This document shows positions 1 through 9,055 of a stretch of DNA of 64,000 nt, one piece after another. The translations under genes and the position numbers were made by a program. The number at the start of each line of letters is the position of its first letter. Position 1 is the stretch's first letter. Below the pieces are notes generated by a model. That model was not told where the DNA came from. It made no database searches and was given only the letters and a program-made list of their open reading frames with translations. The DNA is from Chloroflexia bacterium (GTDB taxonomy: Bacteria > Chloroflexota > Chloroflexia > QHBQ01 > JADMIH01), in NCBI GenBank assembly GCA_038203825.1, contig JBBRDO010000007.1:5356-69355 (forward strand), read 5' to 3'.

Positions 1-18
1 GCGGGCAGTAGAGCAAGA

Positions 19-780
19 CTAGCGAATCCGCTGCGGCTTCCAGATTAATGCCGTCACCTTATGTGCATAGTGCTGCGTCGGTTCTACTGGCTCAGTACGC
101 AGGCCGAGTCTCTCGGCCAACGTGTTCCGCGCAATACTTGCATGAGCGCGCTGCAAGGGCCATGGCGAGTGAAAGATCTGGCACCTGTACGTGTGATCTT
201 TCGAGGCTCCGTAGTAGCAGTAGCGTTCCGTGAGCCAATGGTCGAGCGTACCGCGGCACGACGTGTAGACAGGACCTTGTGGGCGATAGACGGCCCTGAA
301 TTGCGCGCCCGTTCCACGGCCGGAAGTGCGCTCGCCGGTGAAGGAAATGCCGCCGGACGTGCGGTCGAACGTAATGTTGGCGGGCGTGTACGGCAGTCGA
401 AACAAGGGGCGCGCCAGTGCAATAGCGAGCAGATTGTCGGCGTCCATGCTCAGAAATAACACGCCCGAAATGCCCCGATGAGTAACATAGGTCCGTAGGT
501 TGATCTCGTTGAAATGCGAGACAAGCCCGACCTCTGGAAAGCCACGCAGGCGTATCTCGCTCAGGCGAAAGGCCACCACCCCGAGCCAGGCCTGCCCTTC
601 GAACGTGTCGAGCTCCACGGCGGGCGGCAAGAACGGGCGTAAACTTTCAGGCTCTACAGGCGCATGTAGGAAAAGTAGATTGTGCCAGGTTTGTGTCATA
701 ATCCAGAGGCCCGCTGGCATGCGATTCTGCACACAGATATTGCCCGGGTTGGGGGGACGTTTCATGTCAGCACCCGACAA
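19..780 (-). CDS. DUF2071/YqjF-like conserved hypothetical protein
   Basis: Intact 253-aa ORF with a compositional pattern reminiscent of COG3361/DUF2071 proteins. No catalytic motif recognised. Upstream region runs off the window. Confidence 0.4.
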   Translation of the reverse strand: MSGADMKRPPNPGNICVQNRMPAGLWIMTQTWHNLLFLHAPVEPESLRPFLPPAVELDTFEGQAWLGVVAFRLSEIRLRGFPEVGLVSHFNEINLRTYVTHRGISGVLFLSMDADNLLAIALARPLFRLPYTPANITFDRTSGGISFTGERTSGRGTGAQFRAVYRPQGPVYTSCRGTLDHWLTERYCYYGASKDHTYRCQIFHSPWPLQRAHASIARNTLAERLGLRTEPVEPTQHYAHKVTALIWKPQRIR

Positions 781-996
781 ACTTATTTTTAGAACTTTGC
801 AGCGCTAGATGATCAAACCGGTCAGAGCTTTTTGTGATTTCTTGCACAATCCCTATATCATTCTATCGTTAATCTTGCGCTAACGCAATCCCCATCTTGC
901 ACGAATTTTTGGGCGTGATGGGGATTGAAAGTCACAGGTTCCTATGGTACGATACACAACAGAGTCAACTTCCACTTTACTAAGAGAAGAACCGCC

Positions 997-1815
997 ATGC
1001 CCACATCTATAGCGTATCCAGAGCCGAATCCTGACCTATATCCGCTCGTTGATTCGCACGCCCATCTCGACTCCGATGACTACGACGCTGATATAGGGGC
1101 CATCGCCGAGCGTGCCCAACAGTTTGGCCTGAAGGCGATTGTCACCATTGGCATAGAACCTGCTGACTGGCCGAATACCCTCGCATTGGCCGCACGATAC
1201 CCCGAAGTTTATCCCGCATTGGGTATTCACCCAAACAGCGCAGACCAGGCCAATGACGATACCTTCCAGCAACTGGCAGCACTTTGCAAAGCTCATAACG
1301 TGGTCGGGCTGGGCGAGACGGGCCTGGATTACTATCGAGAGTACGTGCCGCACGAACAACAGAAGGACTCCTTGAGGAAGCATCTGGCTCTGTCTCGCGA
1401 GCTGCACTTACCGGTGATCATACACACTCGCGACGCTTACGACGACGTGCTTGAAATACTCCAAAGAGATGGTGACGGCACGCGTGGAGTGATGCACTCC
1501 TTCTCCGGAGATACAGCGGGGGCCTTGAAGTGTATCGAGATGGGATATATGATCTCCATAGCGGGGCCCGTGACTTTCCGCAAGGCGACAGACAAGCACT
1601 CGCTGGCCCGCGAAGTACCTCTCGACTGGCTCATGGTTGAAACTGACTGTCCTTACCTCACGCCCGAACCATACCGCGGGCGACGCAACGAACCAGCATA
1701 CGTTGCATATACCGCCAAAGCCATAGCCGAACTCCGTGGGATATCTCTTGAAGAAGTAGCGCAGGCAACGACCCGGAACACAGCGCGACTCTTTGGATTA
1801 CACCTCGACCTGTAG
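997..1815 (+). CDS. tatD: TatD family metal-dependent hydrolase (DNase)
   Basis: HAHLD and GETGLDY motifs. Start moved to internal ATG at 997 (MPTSIAYP...) matching TatD N-termini. TAG stop. Confidence 0.85.
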   Translation: MPTSIAYPEPNPDLYPLVDSHAHLDSDDYDADIGAIAERAQQFGLKAIVTIGIEPADWPNTLALAARYPEVYPALGIHPNSADQANDDTFQQLAALCKAHNVVGLGETGLDYYREYVPHEQQKDSLRKHLALSRELHLPVIIHTRDAYDDVLEILQRDGDGTRGVMHSFSGDTAGALKCIEMGYMISIAGPVTFRKATDKHSLAREVPLDWLMVETDCPYLTPEPYRGRRNEPAYVAYTAKAIAELRGISLEEVAQATTRNTARLFGLHLDL

Positions 1816-1905
1816 GAGGCTATTGAGTAAATTCGATGGGGGATAAGCGGTATCGTGGACAGTCGATTTGCAGGCGGGTTGTCCAACTTCGAAGGGAGCG
1901 GGATA

Positions 1906-3015
1906 GTGATTAATCTTTGGCAGTTGCAAGTATTTCTTGTGGTTTATGAGACCGGCAGTTTCTCGGCAGCAGCAACCCGTCTTCATCTGACCCAGCCCGG
2001 CGTAAGCCAGCAGATCCGCGCCCTCGAGAATTACCTCAATACCAAGCTATTTGTGCGCCGGGGCCACGGTGTGGAACTAACGGCAGCAGGCGAAAGCTTA
2101 ATCGACCCGGCCCGCAGATTGATAACTCTTTCGGAGACCACTGAGCGCACATTAATCGCCAAGCGAGGCGAGGTGAGCGGACGTATCAGGCTCGGTTGCG
2201 CGCTGCCCTCGGGCAGCTACATCTTCACTCCGTGGATACAAGATTTCCGCACGATGTACCCGGATATAACGGTGCAGATCGAGCAGGTAGAGCCGGGACC
2301 GTTGCTCGGCGCGCTACGTTCACAAGAGCTGGATGGCGGCGTAGTCATGGGGCGAATGCGGGGGCGCGGCCTCGTACACCACAAGCTGCTCGAAGATCCC
2401 ATCACATTGATCGTGCCTATCAACCATGCGTGGGCCTTTCCGGGACAATTACACAAGGCCGCGACCGAGGCCGCGCACAACTCGCACGCGACGGGACAGG
2501 ATGGACCTACGGCGAGGCACGATGAAGACACCTGGGTGCCTGCGGTTAAGCTGGGTATGCTGAAAGACCAGGCACTGGTGCTAGAACATGGCATCGGTGA
2601 GAGCCACAGCGACGCGAGGCGCGCACTGAACGACGGACTTGAGGAGCGAGGTTTTAATACGCGAGATATGCGCGTTGTGCTGGAATTGCCGAATCCGATG
2701 GCTGTGGCCTGTGCAGTCGCCAACGGTGCTGGAGTGGGGCTCGTGCCGCAGTCAATCGCCAGGCGCCTGACGGGACAGGTCGCTCCAGTGCGAATCGAGG
2801 GCTTTAACCTGAGCCAGCACATCTACCTGATTCACGACCGCAAGGCTCTGCACGCCCCGGCAGTTGGCGCGTGGTGGAACTATATACAGTCCAAGTTGGG
2901 CCAACACAAGCCCACGAGTGAGCAGGAAGAGGAAATGGAGCCCGCAGAAGCCGTGAAACCAAGGGGGAAGGACACAAGCGCGAAGGTGCACGCCGCCAGC
3001 GTGCTGACCGGTTAG
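1906..3015 (+). CDS. LysR family transcriptional regulator
   Basis: N-terminal LysR HTH (LWQLQVFLVVYETGSFSAAATRLHLTQPGVSQQIRALE). GTG start at 1906 with AGGGAG RBS. Unusual ~60-aa acidic C-terminal extension. Confidence 0.75.
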   Translation: MINLWQLQVFLVVYETGSFSAAATRLHLTQPGVSQQIRALENYLNTKLFVRRGHGVELTAAGESLIDPARRLITLSETTERTLIAKRGEVSGRIRLGCALPSGSYIFTPWIQDFRTMYPDITVQIEQVEPGPLLGALRSQELDGGVVMGRMRGRGLVHHKLLEDPITLIVPINHAWAFPGQLHKAATEAAHNSHATGQDGPTARHDEDTWVPAVKLGMLKDQALVLEHGIGESHSDARRALNDGLEERGFNTRDMRVVLELPNPMAVACAVANGAGVGLVPQSIARRLTGQVAPVRIEGFNLSQHIYLIHDRKALHAPAVGAWWNYIQSKLGQHKPTSEQEEEMEPAEAVKPRGKDTSAKVHAASVLTG

Positions 3016-3746
3016 GCGTCGCCGCTCTCGGGCAGTCTGAACCCGAATATTTCGGCAAAGTGGCGAGCGAAAGTGTCTTTCGCTTCAAACATGGAGGGCG
3101 CTTCAGGCAGTAATCGGGCCATGGATGTAACACCCTTGTCGGCGATGCCGCAGGGGATGATATACTCGAAGAAACGCAAGTCAGTCTTTACATTAAGCGC
3201 AATGCCATGCGTGGTGATACCGCGACCATCCACGCGGACCCCAATGGCTGCGATCTTTTCGTCGCCACCGAGACCCGTTACCCATGCCCCACTGTAGTCT
3301 TGCAGAGTGTGCGCGTGTAAGCCCATTTCGTTGAGCGCAGCGATCAGCACCCGTTCAAGAGTACGCACGTAACCGGGGTAATCGATCACGCCTCCGTAGT
3401 TGTGCAGGTTAATTATCGGGTAGGCGACGAGCTGCCCTGGCCCATGATAGGTGACGTCGCCGCCCCTGTCGACGTCCAGCACTACGATCCCGTCGTCTTT
3501 TAGCTGTTGGTCGGTGGCCAGTATATGGTCGCGCCCACCACGCCGGCCGCACGTGTAGGTGTGGGGGTGTTCCAGCAAGAGCAGGGTTTCAGACACGTGG
3601 CCTGAGGCGACCTCCTGAGCAATCATGTTCTGGAGATCCCAGGCCTCCGAGTATGTGGTCAGCCCTAGGTCGATCACGCGTAGAGAACCGGCGGGAGCAT
3701 TCGCGCCGCTACGCGTGGGGTTCGACCCGATCGTGTTTGTAGCCAT
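3012..3746 (-). CDS. lipB: lipoyl(octanoyl) transferase LipB
   Basis: Octanoyltransferase family similarity (HTYTCGRRG...HGPGQLVAYP...GIADKGVTSM). Last gene of the lipoate/2-oxoacid dehydrogenase operon. Overlaps the LysR 3' end by 4 nt (convergent). Confidence 0.85.
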   Translation of the reverse strand: MATNTIGSNPTRSGANAPAGSLRVIDLGLTTYSEAWDLQNMIAQEVASGHVSETLLLLEHPHTYTCGRRGGRDHILATDQQLKDDGIVVLDVDRGGDVTYHGPGQLVAYPIINLHNYGGVIDYPGYVRTLERVLIAALNEMGLHAHTLQDYSGAWVTGLGGDEKIAAIGVRVDGRGITTHGIALNVKTDLRFFEYIIPCGIADKGVTSMARLLPEAPSMFEAKDTFARHFAEIFGFRLPESGDA

Positions 3747-3818
3747 AAGAGTTTACCAGTCAATAAAGCAGACGACGGGCGACACGTGTCCGTCGTCTGC
3801 AGTCAGTGCTATTCCAGG

Positions 3819-4790
3819 TTATGCAGTCGCGTATTGCACCTGCTCATGCGCATGATAGGAGGAGCGCACGAGGGGACCGCTTTCGATATGCTTAAATCCC
3901 ATGCCCATGCCGATGGCCTTCAGTTCCTTAAATTCGGCAGGCGTGTAATAGCGCATGACGGGCAGGTGGCGGAAGGACGGACGAAGATACTGGCCGATGG
4001 TCACGATATCGACGCTGTGGTCGCGGAGGTCGCGGAGCACCTGAACGACCTCGTCCCATTCCTCGCCGAGGCCCATCATCAAGCCCGACTTAGTGAGGAT
4101 GTTGCCGGAGGGGTTCATATCGCGAGCCTTTTGAAGTAGCTCGAGCGAGCGCTCATACTTGGCCTGCGGGCGCACGATGTGATAGAGCCTGGGCACCGAC
4201 TCGATATTGTGGTTGAGGATGGTTGGCCCAGCGTCCATGACTATTTGGAGTGCCCACCATACACCCTTGAAGTCAGGGATCAACACTTCAATGCCGCAAT
4301 CAGGCACGTACTCACGTGTCTTGCGAATTAGCTCAGCGAAGATTTCCGCACCGCCATCTGCAAGCTCGTCGCGATTGACAGACGTAATGACCGCGTGCTG
4401 GAGTTGAAGGCTCTCTATGACACGTGCCACTTTTTCAGGCTCCTGGCGGTCCAACATGGAAGGCCGGCCAGTCTTGATGGCGCAAAAGCCACAGGAGCGG
4501 GTGCAAGTATCGCCCAGAATCAGGAATGTGGCGGTGCGATGTTCCCAGCACTCTGAGATGTTGGGGCAGCGGGCCTCTTCGCACACCGTGTGGAGGCCCA
4601 GGCCGCGCATCAGGCTCTTGAGGTCACGATAGTTCTCTCCCTGCTGCCACTTGACCGTGAGCCAGTCGGGCTTGCGTTCCAGGGGCACGGGACCTTCACT
4701 GACTGGGCGCGCAGGACCGCCGGGTCTGCTATAAGGCTTCAACTCGAGGGGGGAATAAGAGGTGTCAGTTGTCGGCATCTGTTCGGACAT
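3819..4790 (-). CDS. lipA: lipoyl synthase LipA (radical SAM)
   Basis: [13 protein letters not shown] and [15 protein letters not shown] cysteine motifs, diagnostic of LipA. Confidence 0.9.
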   Translation of the reverse strand: MSEQMPTTDTSYSPLELKPYSRPGGPARPVSEGPVPLERKPDWLTVKWQQGENYRDLKSLMRGLGLHTVCEEARCPNISECWEHRTATFLILGDTCTRSCGFCAIKTGRPSMLDRQEPEKVARVIESLQLQHAVITSVNRDELADGGAEIFAELIRKTREYVPDCGIEVLIPDFKGVWWALQIVMDAGPTILNHNIESVPRLYHIVRPQAKYERSLELLQKARDMNPSGNILTKSGLMMGLGEEWDEVVQVLRDLRDHSVDIVTIGQYLRPSFRHLPVMRYYTPAEFKELKAIGMGMGFKHIESGPLVRSSYHAHEQVQYATA

Positions 4791-5049
4791 AATGTGTTCC
4801 GCCTTCCGTGTTTCGCGAATTCTAATATGAACCCATATATTCAGTATAACTCGTTCTATGCTGCAATTATCCCAAATGACCCAAGATCGCGCAAGCAGAC
4901 CGGATCATCAACTCAACGGAAAAGTCCTGCGCAAGCAACGCAAAACGAGCACAAACTCGTTTCCACGATGCACACGCAGGACTAAATTCATGGAGCAATC
5001 GAACCCGGTTTGGGGCGACTATGCACACGCAAGCCGCCCCACGACTATT

Positions 5050-6552
5050 CTAGAGGCCTGAATTGCCCCCGCTGAAGCTCTCAATCGACTGCTTGACGGC
5101 GCGCAAGAAGCGTGCGCCTACAGCGCCATCGAGGATTCTATGGTCAAGGGCAATTGTCGAAAACATCATGCTTCTGATGGCGATCGCATCGTCAATCACT
5201 ACAGGGCGCTTGACGATAGCTTCCATGGTCACCAGACAGGCCTGAGGCTGGTTGATGATAGAGTGTGTCATCACCACGCCTAGCGAGCCGGTGTTATTGA
5301 CTGTGATAGTGCCGCCTTCTATTTCCGCGAGCGTGAGCTTGCCTGCACGGGCCTTCTCAGCAAGCTCTGACAGCTTGCGAGCGATACCTGTCACGCTGAG
5401 GTTGTCAGCGCCGTGTATCACTGGAGCGATCAGGCCCTGATCTCCAAGCTCGATGGGGATGCTGACGTTTATATCGCGTCGCAAGATGATGCCCTGCTCG
5501 TCGCTCCAGATGGCGTTTGTCTGAGGAACTTGCCTTACGGCCTCTACTACAGCCTTGATGAAGAATGCATAGTAGGTCACAGGGACGCCTTCGCGCTTCT
5601 CGAACTCGGCCTTTATGCTGTCGCGATACTTGACCATGTTGGTCATGTCGATCTCTATCGTGGTCCAGGCATGAGGCGAGGTGTGGACGCTTTCCACCAT
5701 GTGGCGAGCAATCGCACGGCGCATGGGTGTCAGACCCATAGGTGTATCGCCCATCAGAGAGGGGGGCGGGGCTGCGGGTGCTGCGGAAGGAGCGGGCATT
5801 GGAGCCGCCGATGGTACGGGAGCGGCTGTGGGCTGTGCAGGTGCAGGGGCAGGGCTAGCGGGCACCGGAGCCGCGCCGCGCTGGGCGACGTACTGAAGGA
5901 TGTCTTCCTTCGTTACTCGACCACCGAGGCCTGTACCTTGCACCGCGCTCAGGTTGACAGCATGCTCTTCGGCGAGACGGCGCACAGCAGGGGTTGACCG
6001 TCGCCTCAGTAGCTCTTCTTCGGTCTCAGTGGCGCCTGCGGTTGGAGCAACGTTGCTGCCTGTGTACATTTCTGCAGGGCCCTGAGGCATAGCTCCGGCC
6101 ACGGACGCGGTCATGTCGCCTGGAAGAGAAGGCTGCGGCTGATACTGCGGTTGTGAGCGGCCATTCTCTCCGCCGGCGGGAGCCGCAGGGGGAGGAGCCG
6201 CGGCGGGAGCCGGAGTAGGTGCAGGCGCTTCTGCTACAGCAATGGGAGCAGGCGTGGGGGCCGGGGCTTCCGTTGCAGTTGGCTGGGGCGCGGGTGCCGA
6301 GGCAGCGTCGCCGCCTTCGTCAATACTTAAGATCTCTGTGCCAACGGGCACGGTTGCGCCCTCTGCTACTTTCAGTTCCTTAATGACACCGCTCACGGGC
6401 GACGGTATTTCGGCGTTTACCTTGTCGGTAATCACCTCGGCCAGCGATTCGTATTTTTCGACTGTATCGCCTGGCTGCTTGAGCCACTTACCTATTGTGC
6501 CTTCTGTAACGCTCTCGCCCAACTGGGGCATTGTTACCGGGGTTATTGGCAT
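5050..6552 (-). CDS. 2-oxoacid dehydrogenase E2 component (dihydrolipoamide acyltransferase)
   Basis: N-terminal lipoyl domain (SLAEVITDKVNAEIPSP), Pro/Ala-rich linkers, peripheral-subunit-binding domain, C-terminal catalytic domain with DHRILDGA. Confidence 0.85.
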   Translation of the reverse strand: MPITPVTMPQLGESVTEGTIGKWLKQPGDTVEKYESLAEVITDKVNAEIPSPVSGVIKELKVAEGATVPVGTEILSIDEGGDAASAPAPQPTATEAPAPTPAPIAVAEAPAPTPAPAAAPPPAAPAGGENGRSQPQYQPQPSLPGDMTASVAGAMPQGPAEMYTGSNVAPTAGATETEEELLRRRSTPAVRRLAEEHAVNLSAVQGTGLGGRVTKEDILQYVAQRGAAPVPASPAPAPAQPTAAPVPSAAPMPAPSAAPAAPPPSLMGDTPMGLTPMRRAIARHMVESVHTSPHAWTTIEIDMTNMVKYRDSIKAEFEKREGVPVTYYAFFIKAVVEAVRQVPQTNAIWSDEQGIILRRDINVSIPIELGDQGLIAPVIHGADNLSVTGIARKLSELAEKARAGKLTLAEIEGGTITVNNTGSLGVVMTHSIINQPQACLVTMEAIVKRPVVIDDAIAIRSMMFSTIALDHRILDGAVGARFLRAVKQSIESFSGGNSGL

Positions 6553-6570
6553 TCTATGAACCTCCTATAA

Positions 6571-7554
6571 TTAATATGCAGCTAATTCTTTCATAGCCTT
6601 CAGGATCTTTTCCGGGTTGGGCATGAAGTAGGCTTCCTGGTTATGGTTGTATGGCATTGCAGGTACGTCGGGCCCAGCCACTCGCACGATCGGGCCGTCC
6701 AGGTATGCGAAGGCCTCTTCCGCTATCGAGGCGCTGATCTCCGCGCCCCAGCCGCCACTGTATGTATCTTCGTAGACCACTATGGCTTTGCCTGTTTTCT
6801 TGACTGAGTTCACTATGGTCTCGCGGTCCAAGGGGCTGATGGTCCTGACGTCTACGACTTCTACCTCAACGCCGTCGGCTGCCATGGCTTCGGCTGCTTT
6901 GAGGCAATGATGGAGCATCATTCCATAGGCGATGGCGGTCATGTCTTTGCCTTCACGGGCTATGGCTGCCTTGCCTAAGGGCACGGTGTAATCCTCGTCG
7001 GGTACTTCGCCCTTGATGAGACGATAGGCACCTTTGTGCTCCAGGAAGATTACGGGATCAGGGTCGCGTATGGCTGCCTTGAGGAGTCCTTTGGCATCAT
7101 ACGGGTTTGAGGGTATAACTACAATCAAGCCGGGGATGTGGCCATAAAGAGCTTCCACGCTCTGTGAGTGGTAGAGAGCACCATGTATGCCGCCACCATA
7201 GGGCATTCTGATCACCAGCGGCGCATGGAACGTGTTGTTGGAACGATAGCGGATTTTAGCCGCTTCGTTCATGATCTGGTCCATGGCCGGGTGGCTGAAG
7301 TCTGCGAACTGCATCTCGGCGACGGGTCGCATGCCGTTGACAGACGCGCCAATGGCGGCACCGGCGATTACTGCCTCGGAAAGAGGCGTATCGAGAACAC
7401 GGTCAGGACCGAATTGCTTTGAAAAGCCATCAGTTACACCAAACACACCACCGCGAGGGCCAACGTCCTCGCCCATAATGAAAACGCGCTCGTCGCGCTC
7501 CATCTCTTCGCGCAACCCGTCTCGGATTGCCTCGATAAGCGTCTTTACAGCCAT
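6571..7554 (-). CDS. 2-oxoacid (pyruvate/branched-chain) dehydrogenase E1 component beta subunit
   Basis: Transketolase-like pyrimidine-binding and C-terminal domains typical of E1beta. Confidence 0.85.
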   Translation of the reverse strand: MAVKTLIEAIRDGLREEMERDERVFIMGEDVGPRGGVFGVTDGFSKQFGPDRVLDTPLSEAVIAGAAIGASVNGMRPVAEMQFADFSHPAMDQIMNEAAKIRYRSNNTFHAPLVIRMPYGGGIHGALYHSQSVEALYGHIPGLIVVIPSNPYDAKGLLKAAIRDPDPVIFLEHKGAYRLIKGEVPDEDYTVPLGKAAIAREGKDMTAIAYGMMLHHCLKAAEAMAADGVEVEVVDVRTISPLDRETIVNSVKKTGKAIVVYEDTYSGGWGAEISASIAEEAFAYLDGPIVRVAGPDVPAMPYNHNQEAYFMPNPEKILKAMKELAAY

Positions 7555-7566
7555 TTCGCCCCTCCA

Positions 7567-7663
7567 GTGTGAGTCGTAGATCGTAAGTCCAAGATCGTAA
7601 GGTGTGTGATATAGCTCGCCAGTGATAGCTGGCCTCTGAACTGCGATTTACGATTTGAGATCC
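7567..7663. repeat. REP-like palindromic element (copy 1, degenerate) between the E1alpha and E1beta genes
   Basis: GAGTCGTAGATCGTAAGTCCAAGATCGTAAGG ... degenerate right arm CGATTTACGATTTGAGATC. Confidence 0.7.
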
Positions 7664-8737
7664 TTATCGCCATGCAGCACGCTCTTCGTCGGTTGCATAG
7701 ACGTGAAGAGGAGTGTCGTCCGCAATCGGGTCGGGCTGCTGCTCGGCCCAGTCGGTCGCATCGTTCACTTCGCGGTCAATACGCTTCTTGATCTCAGCCA
7801 ACTCCTCTTCAGTCGCTACGCCGCTATCGAGGAGGTATTGGCGATACTTGGGCATTGGCTCTTTGGCGCGCCACTCCTCCACTTCGTCCCGCGTGCGATA
7901 TGTGCGGTCATTGTCGTCTGATGAGTGCGCTGTCAACCTGTATGTTATGGCCTCTATCAGCGACGGGCCTTCACCCCGACGTGCGCGCTCTGCTGCTTCT
8001 TTCATGGCCTCGTAAACAGCCAGTACGTCGGTGCCGTCAACTTCTACGCCGGGCATACCGTAGCCGACGCCCCTGGCGGCGACACTACCGCCTGCAACTT
8101 GCAGGGGCACGGGGACGGATATGGCGTACTGGTTATTCTGGCAAAGGAAGATAACGGGTAGATCATGTACACCTGCGAAGTTGAGGGATTCGTGCCAATC
8201 GCCCTCGCTCGTGCCGCCTTCGCCAACCGAGACGACTGTTACCTCGCCTGTCTTGCGCATCTTGGACGCTAGAGCCACGCCGACTGCATGGCAGTTCTGG
8301 GTGGCGACGGGAGAGGAGCCTGTGACGACGCGATGCTTGGCATATCCGTAATGGCCGGGCATCTGGCGACCGCCGCTGCTGGGATCTTCGCGCTTGGCGA
8401 AGTGCTGAAGCATAACTTCACGCGGGGTCACACCCAACGTGACGATCATGCCCAGGTCACGATAGTATGGGAGGAACCAGTCTTTATCTCTCTGGAGTGC
8501 AAAGACTGTGCCGATCTGTATGGCTTCGTGGCCCTGGCATGAAATAACGAAGGGCGCCTTGCCCTGGCGATTCAGTAGCCACATCCGCTCATCCAGAGAG
8601 CGTGCCAGCAGCATATAGTAATACATGTCGAGCAGAACTTCTTTGCTCAGTCCAAGCGCCTCATGCTTAGGTATGGACTTACTTTCAGATACACGCTTGC
8701 GGCTTCCCGATGCTGTCTTCGAGCTTGTGGATGCCAT
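7664..8737 (-). CDS. 2-oxoacid (pyruvate/branched-chain) dehydrogenase E1 component alpha subunit (TPP-dependent)
   Basis: TPP-binding E1alpha family similarity. First gene of the E1alpha-E1beta-E2-lipA-lipB cluster. Confidence 0.85.
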   Translation of the reverse strand: MASTSSKTASGSRKRVSESKSIPKHEALGLSKEVLLDMYYYMLLARSLDERMWLLNRQGKAPFVISCQGHEAIQIGTVFALQRDKDWFLPYYRDLGMIVTLGVTPREVMLQHFAKREDPSSGGRQMPGHYGYAKHRVVTGSSPVATQNCHAVGVALASKMRKTGEVTVVSVGEGGTSEGDWHESLNFAGVHDLPVIFLCQNNQYAISVPVPLQVAGGSVAARGVGYGMPGVEVDGTDVLAVYEAMKEAAERARRGEGPSLIEAITYRLTAHSSDDNDRTYRTRDEVEEWRAKEPMPKYRQYLLDSGVATEEELAEIKKRIDREVNDATDWAEQQPDPIADDTPLHVYATDEERAAWR

Positions 8738-8915
8738 TTATGTTACCTCCTCGTAACTCGGTTGCGGAGCAAAGGTCCGGGTTCACTCGATAATGAACGA
8801 TATGAGCGCACAAGAGTTTGGTTTAATCGGTCAATCATATGGCGCAAAAGATGTCTTTTTACTGCTCCGATTTTATGGCGTAATTCGGCCAGCCTATTGG
8901 CCAAAGCCGTTTACC

Positions 8916-8944
8916 ATCTTATCATAAGGGGGTGCCCTTGTCAA
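8916..8944 (-). promoter_or_regulatory. sigma70-like promoter (TTGACA-N17-TAAGAT) for the dehydrogenase/lipoate operon
   Basis: On the minus strand, TTGACA (8939-8944) and TAAGAT (8916-8921) are separated by a 17-nt spacer, ~180 nt upstream of the E1alpha start. Confidence 0.45.
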
Positions 8945-9055
8945 AGACGGACGACAGACGAAGCAGGGCTGATGCAAAGTCGAAAAGGGAGCAAATAGCA
9001 CCTTCATGAGCTAAGATGCGAGTTACCAACAACCATCAAAGCTAAGAGAGGTGCT

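Noticed and set aside
5600-6300. Repetitive GC-rich stretches (APAPTPAP...) that look like DNA repeats
   Set aside because: They are in-frame Pro/Ala linker regions of the E2 protein. The Thr/Ala linker of the BMP lipoprotein (18180-18300) and the PT-rich tail of the YbbR protein (31480-31800) are the same kind of thing. These are protein low-complexity regions, not mobile repeats.
8663-8998. 111-aa plus-strand ORF upstream of the IS
   Set aside because: It overlaps the start of the E1alpha gene and the promoter region. It is Cys/Arg-rich with no RBS.
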